Position numbers and translations under genes: made by a program. This document shows, piece by piece, positions 63,610 to 64,000 of a DNA stretch of 64,000 nt. The notes beneath the pieces are model-generated. The model saw only the letters and a list, made by a program, of their open reading frames with translations, was not told the origin of the DNA and did no database searches. This DNA is from Camelus dromedarius. Taxonomy: Eukaryota. Position 1 is the stretch's first letter. Every line of letters starts with the position of its first letter. The stretch covers positions 4,340,001 to 4,404,000 of the forward strand of contig NC_087437.1 of assembly GCF_036321535.1 (NCBI RefSeq). Reading direction: 5' to 3'.

Positions 63610-64000
63610 CCATTGTCATACTAGGTGAAGCCAGCCAGGAAGAGAAAGAGAAATATCACATGATATCACTTATATGTGGAATCTTTTAAAAATGACACAA
63701 ATGAACTTATCTACAAAACACAGACAGACTCACAGGCACAGAAAACAAACTTATGGTTACCCGGGGGAATGGGGGTGAGGACAGATAAATTGGGAGTTCA
63801 GGATTTGCAGATACCAACTACTATACATAAAACAGACAAACAACAAAGCCCTACTGTATAGTACATAGAGCTATATTCAATACCTTGTCATAGCCTATAG
63901 TGAAAAAGAATGTGGAAAAGAATATATATGTATGTGTATAACCAAATCAATATGCTATACACCAGAAATTAACACAACATTGTAAACCTACTATACGTCA
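63610..64000 (+). mobile_element. LINE-1 3' fragment, cut by the window edge
   Basis: atcacttatatgtggaatc...aatgacacaaatgaacttatctacaaaacac. Confidence 0.88.

Noticed and set aside
1..64000. CRISPR array, operon or other prokaryotic/viral system
   Set aside because: There is no repeat-spacer array or compact gene cluster. The window is explained by one spliced mammalian gene plus interspersed repeats.

Overview
This is mammalian genomic DNA, most likely camelid (inferred from a recurrent tRNA-derived SINE and cetartiodactyl-type L1 3' ends). It holds the 3' part of one minus-strand gene, collagen VI alpha-4 (COL6A4). I reconstructed 25 coding exons by hand between 53477 and 383. All have GT-AG boundaries and compatible phases, and they total 2823 nt (940 aa plus stop) with no stop or frameshift. 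They encode most of the triple helix (17 exons), a Cys-rich linker with a 12-nt microexon, VWA domains C1 and C2, a unique region and a terminal Kunitz domain. The N-terminal VWA exons and the start of the helix lie beyond the right edge. Introns are filled with L1, L2, MIR, hAT (MER3/MER5A), LTR relics, SINEs and microsatellites. I found no prokaryotic-type system, RNA gene or CRISPR array. The most notable leads are an in-phase FN3-like candidate exon before the Kunitz exon, a Gly-to-Asn break in the helix, a near-consensus 21-nt candidate microexon, an atypical 7-Cys Kunitz domain and two L1 copies sharing a chimeric 3' end. Repeat family names and COL6A3 comparisons are from recall, not database searches.
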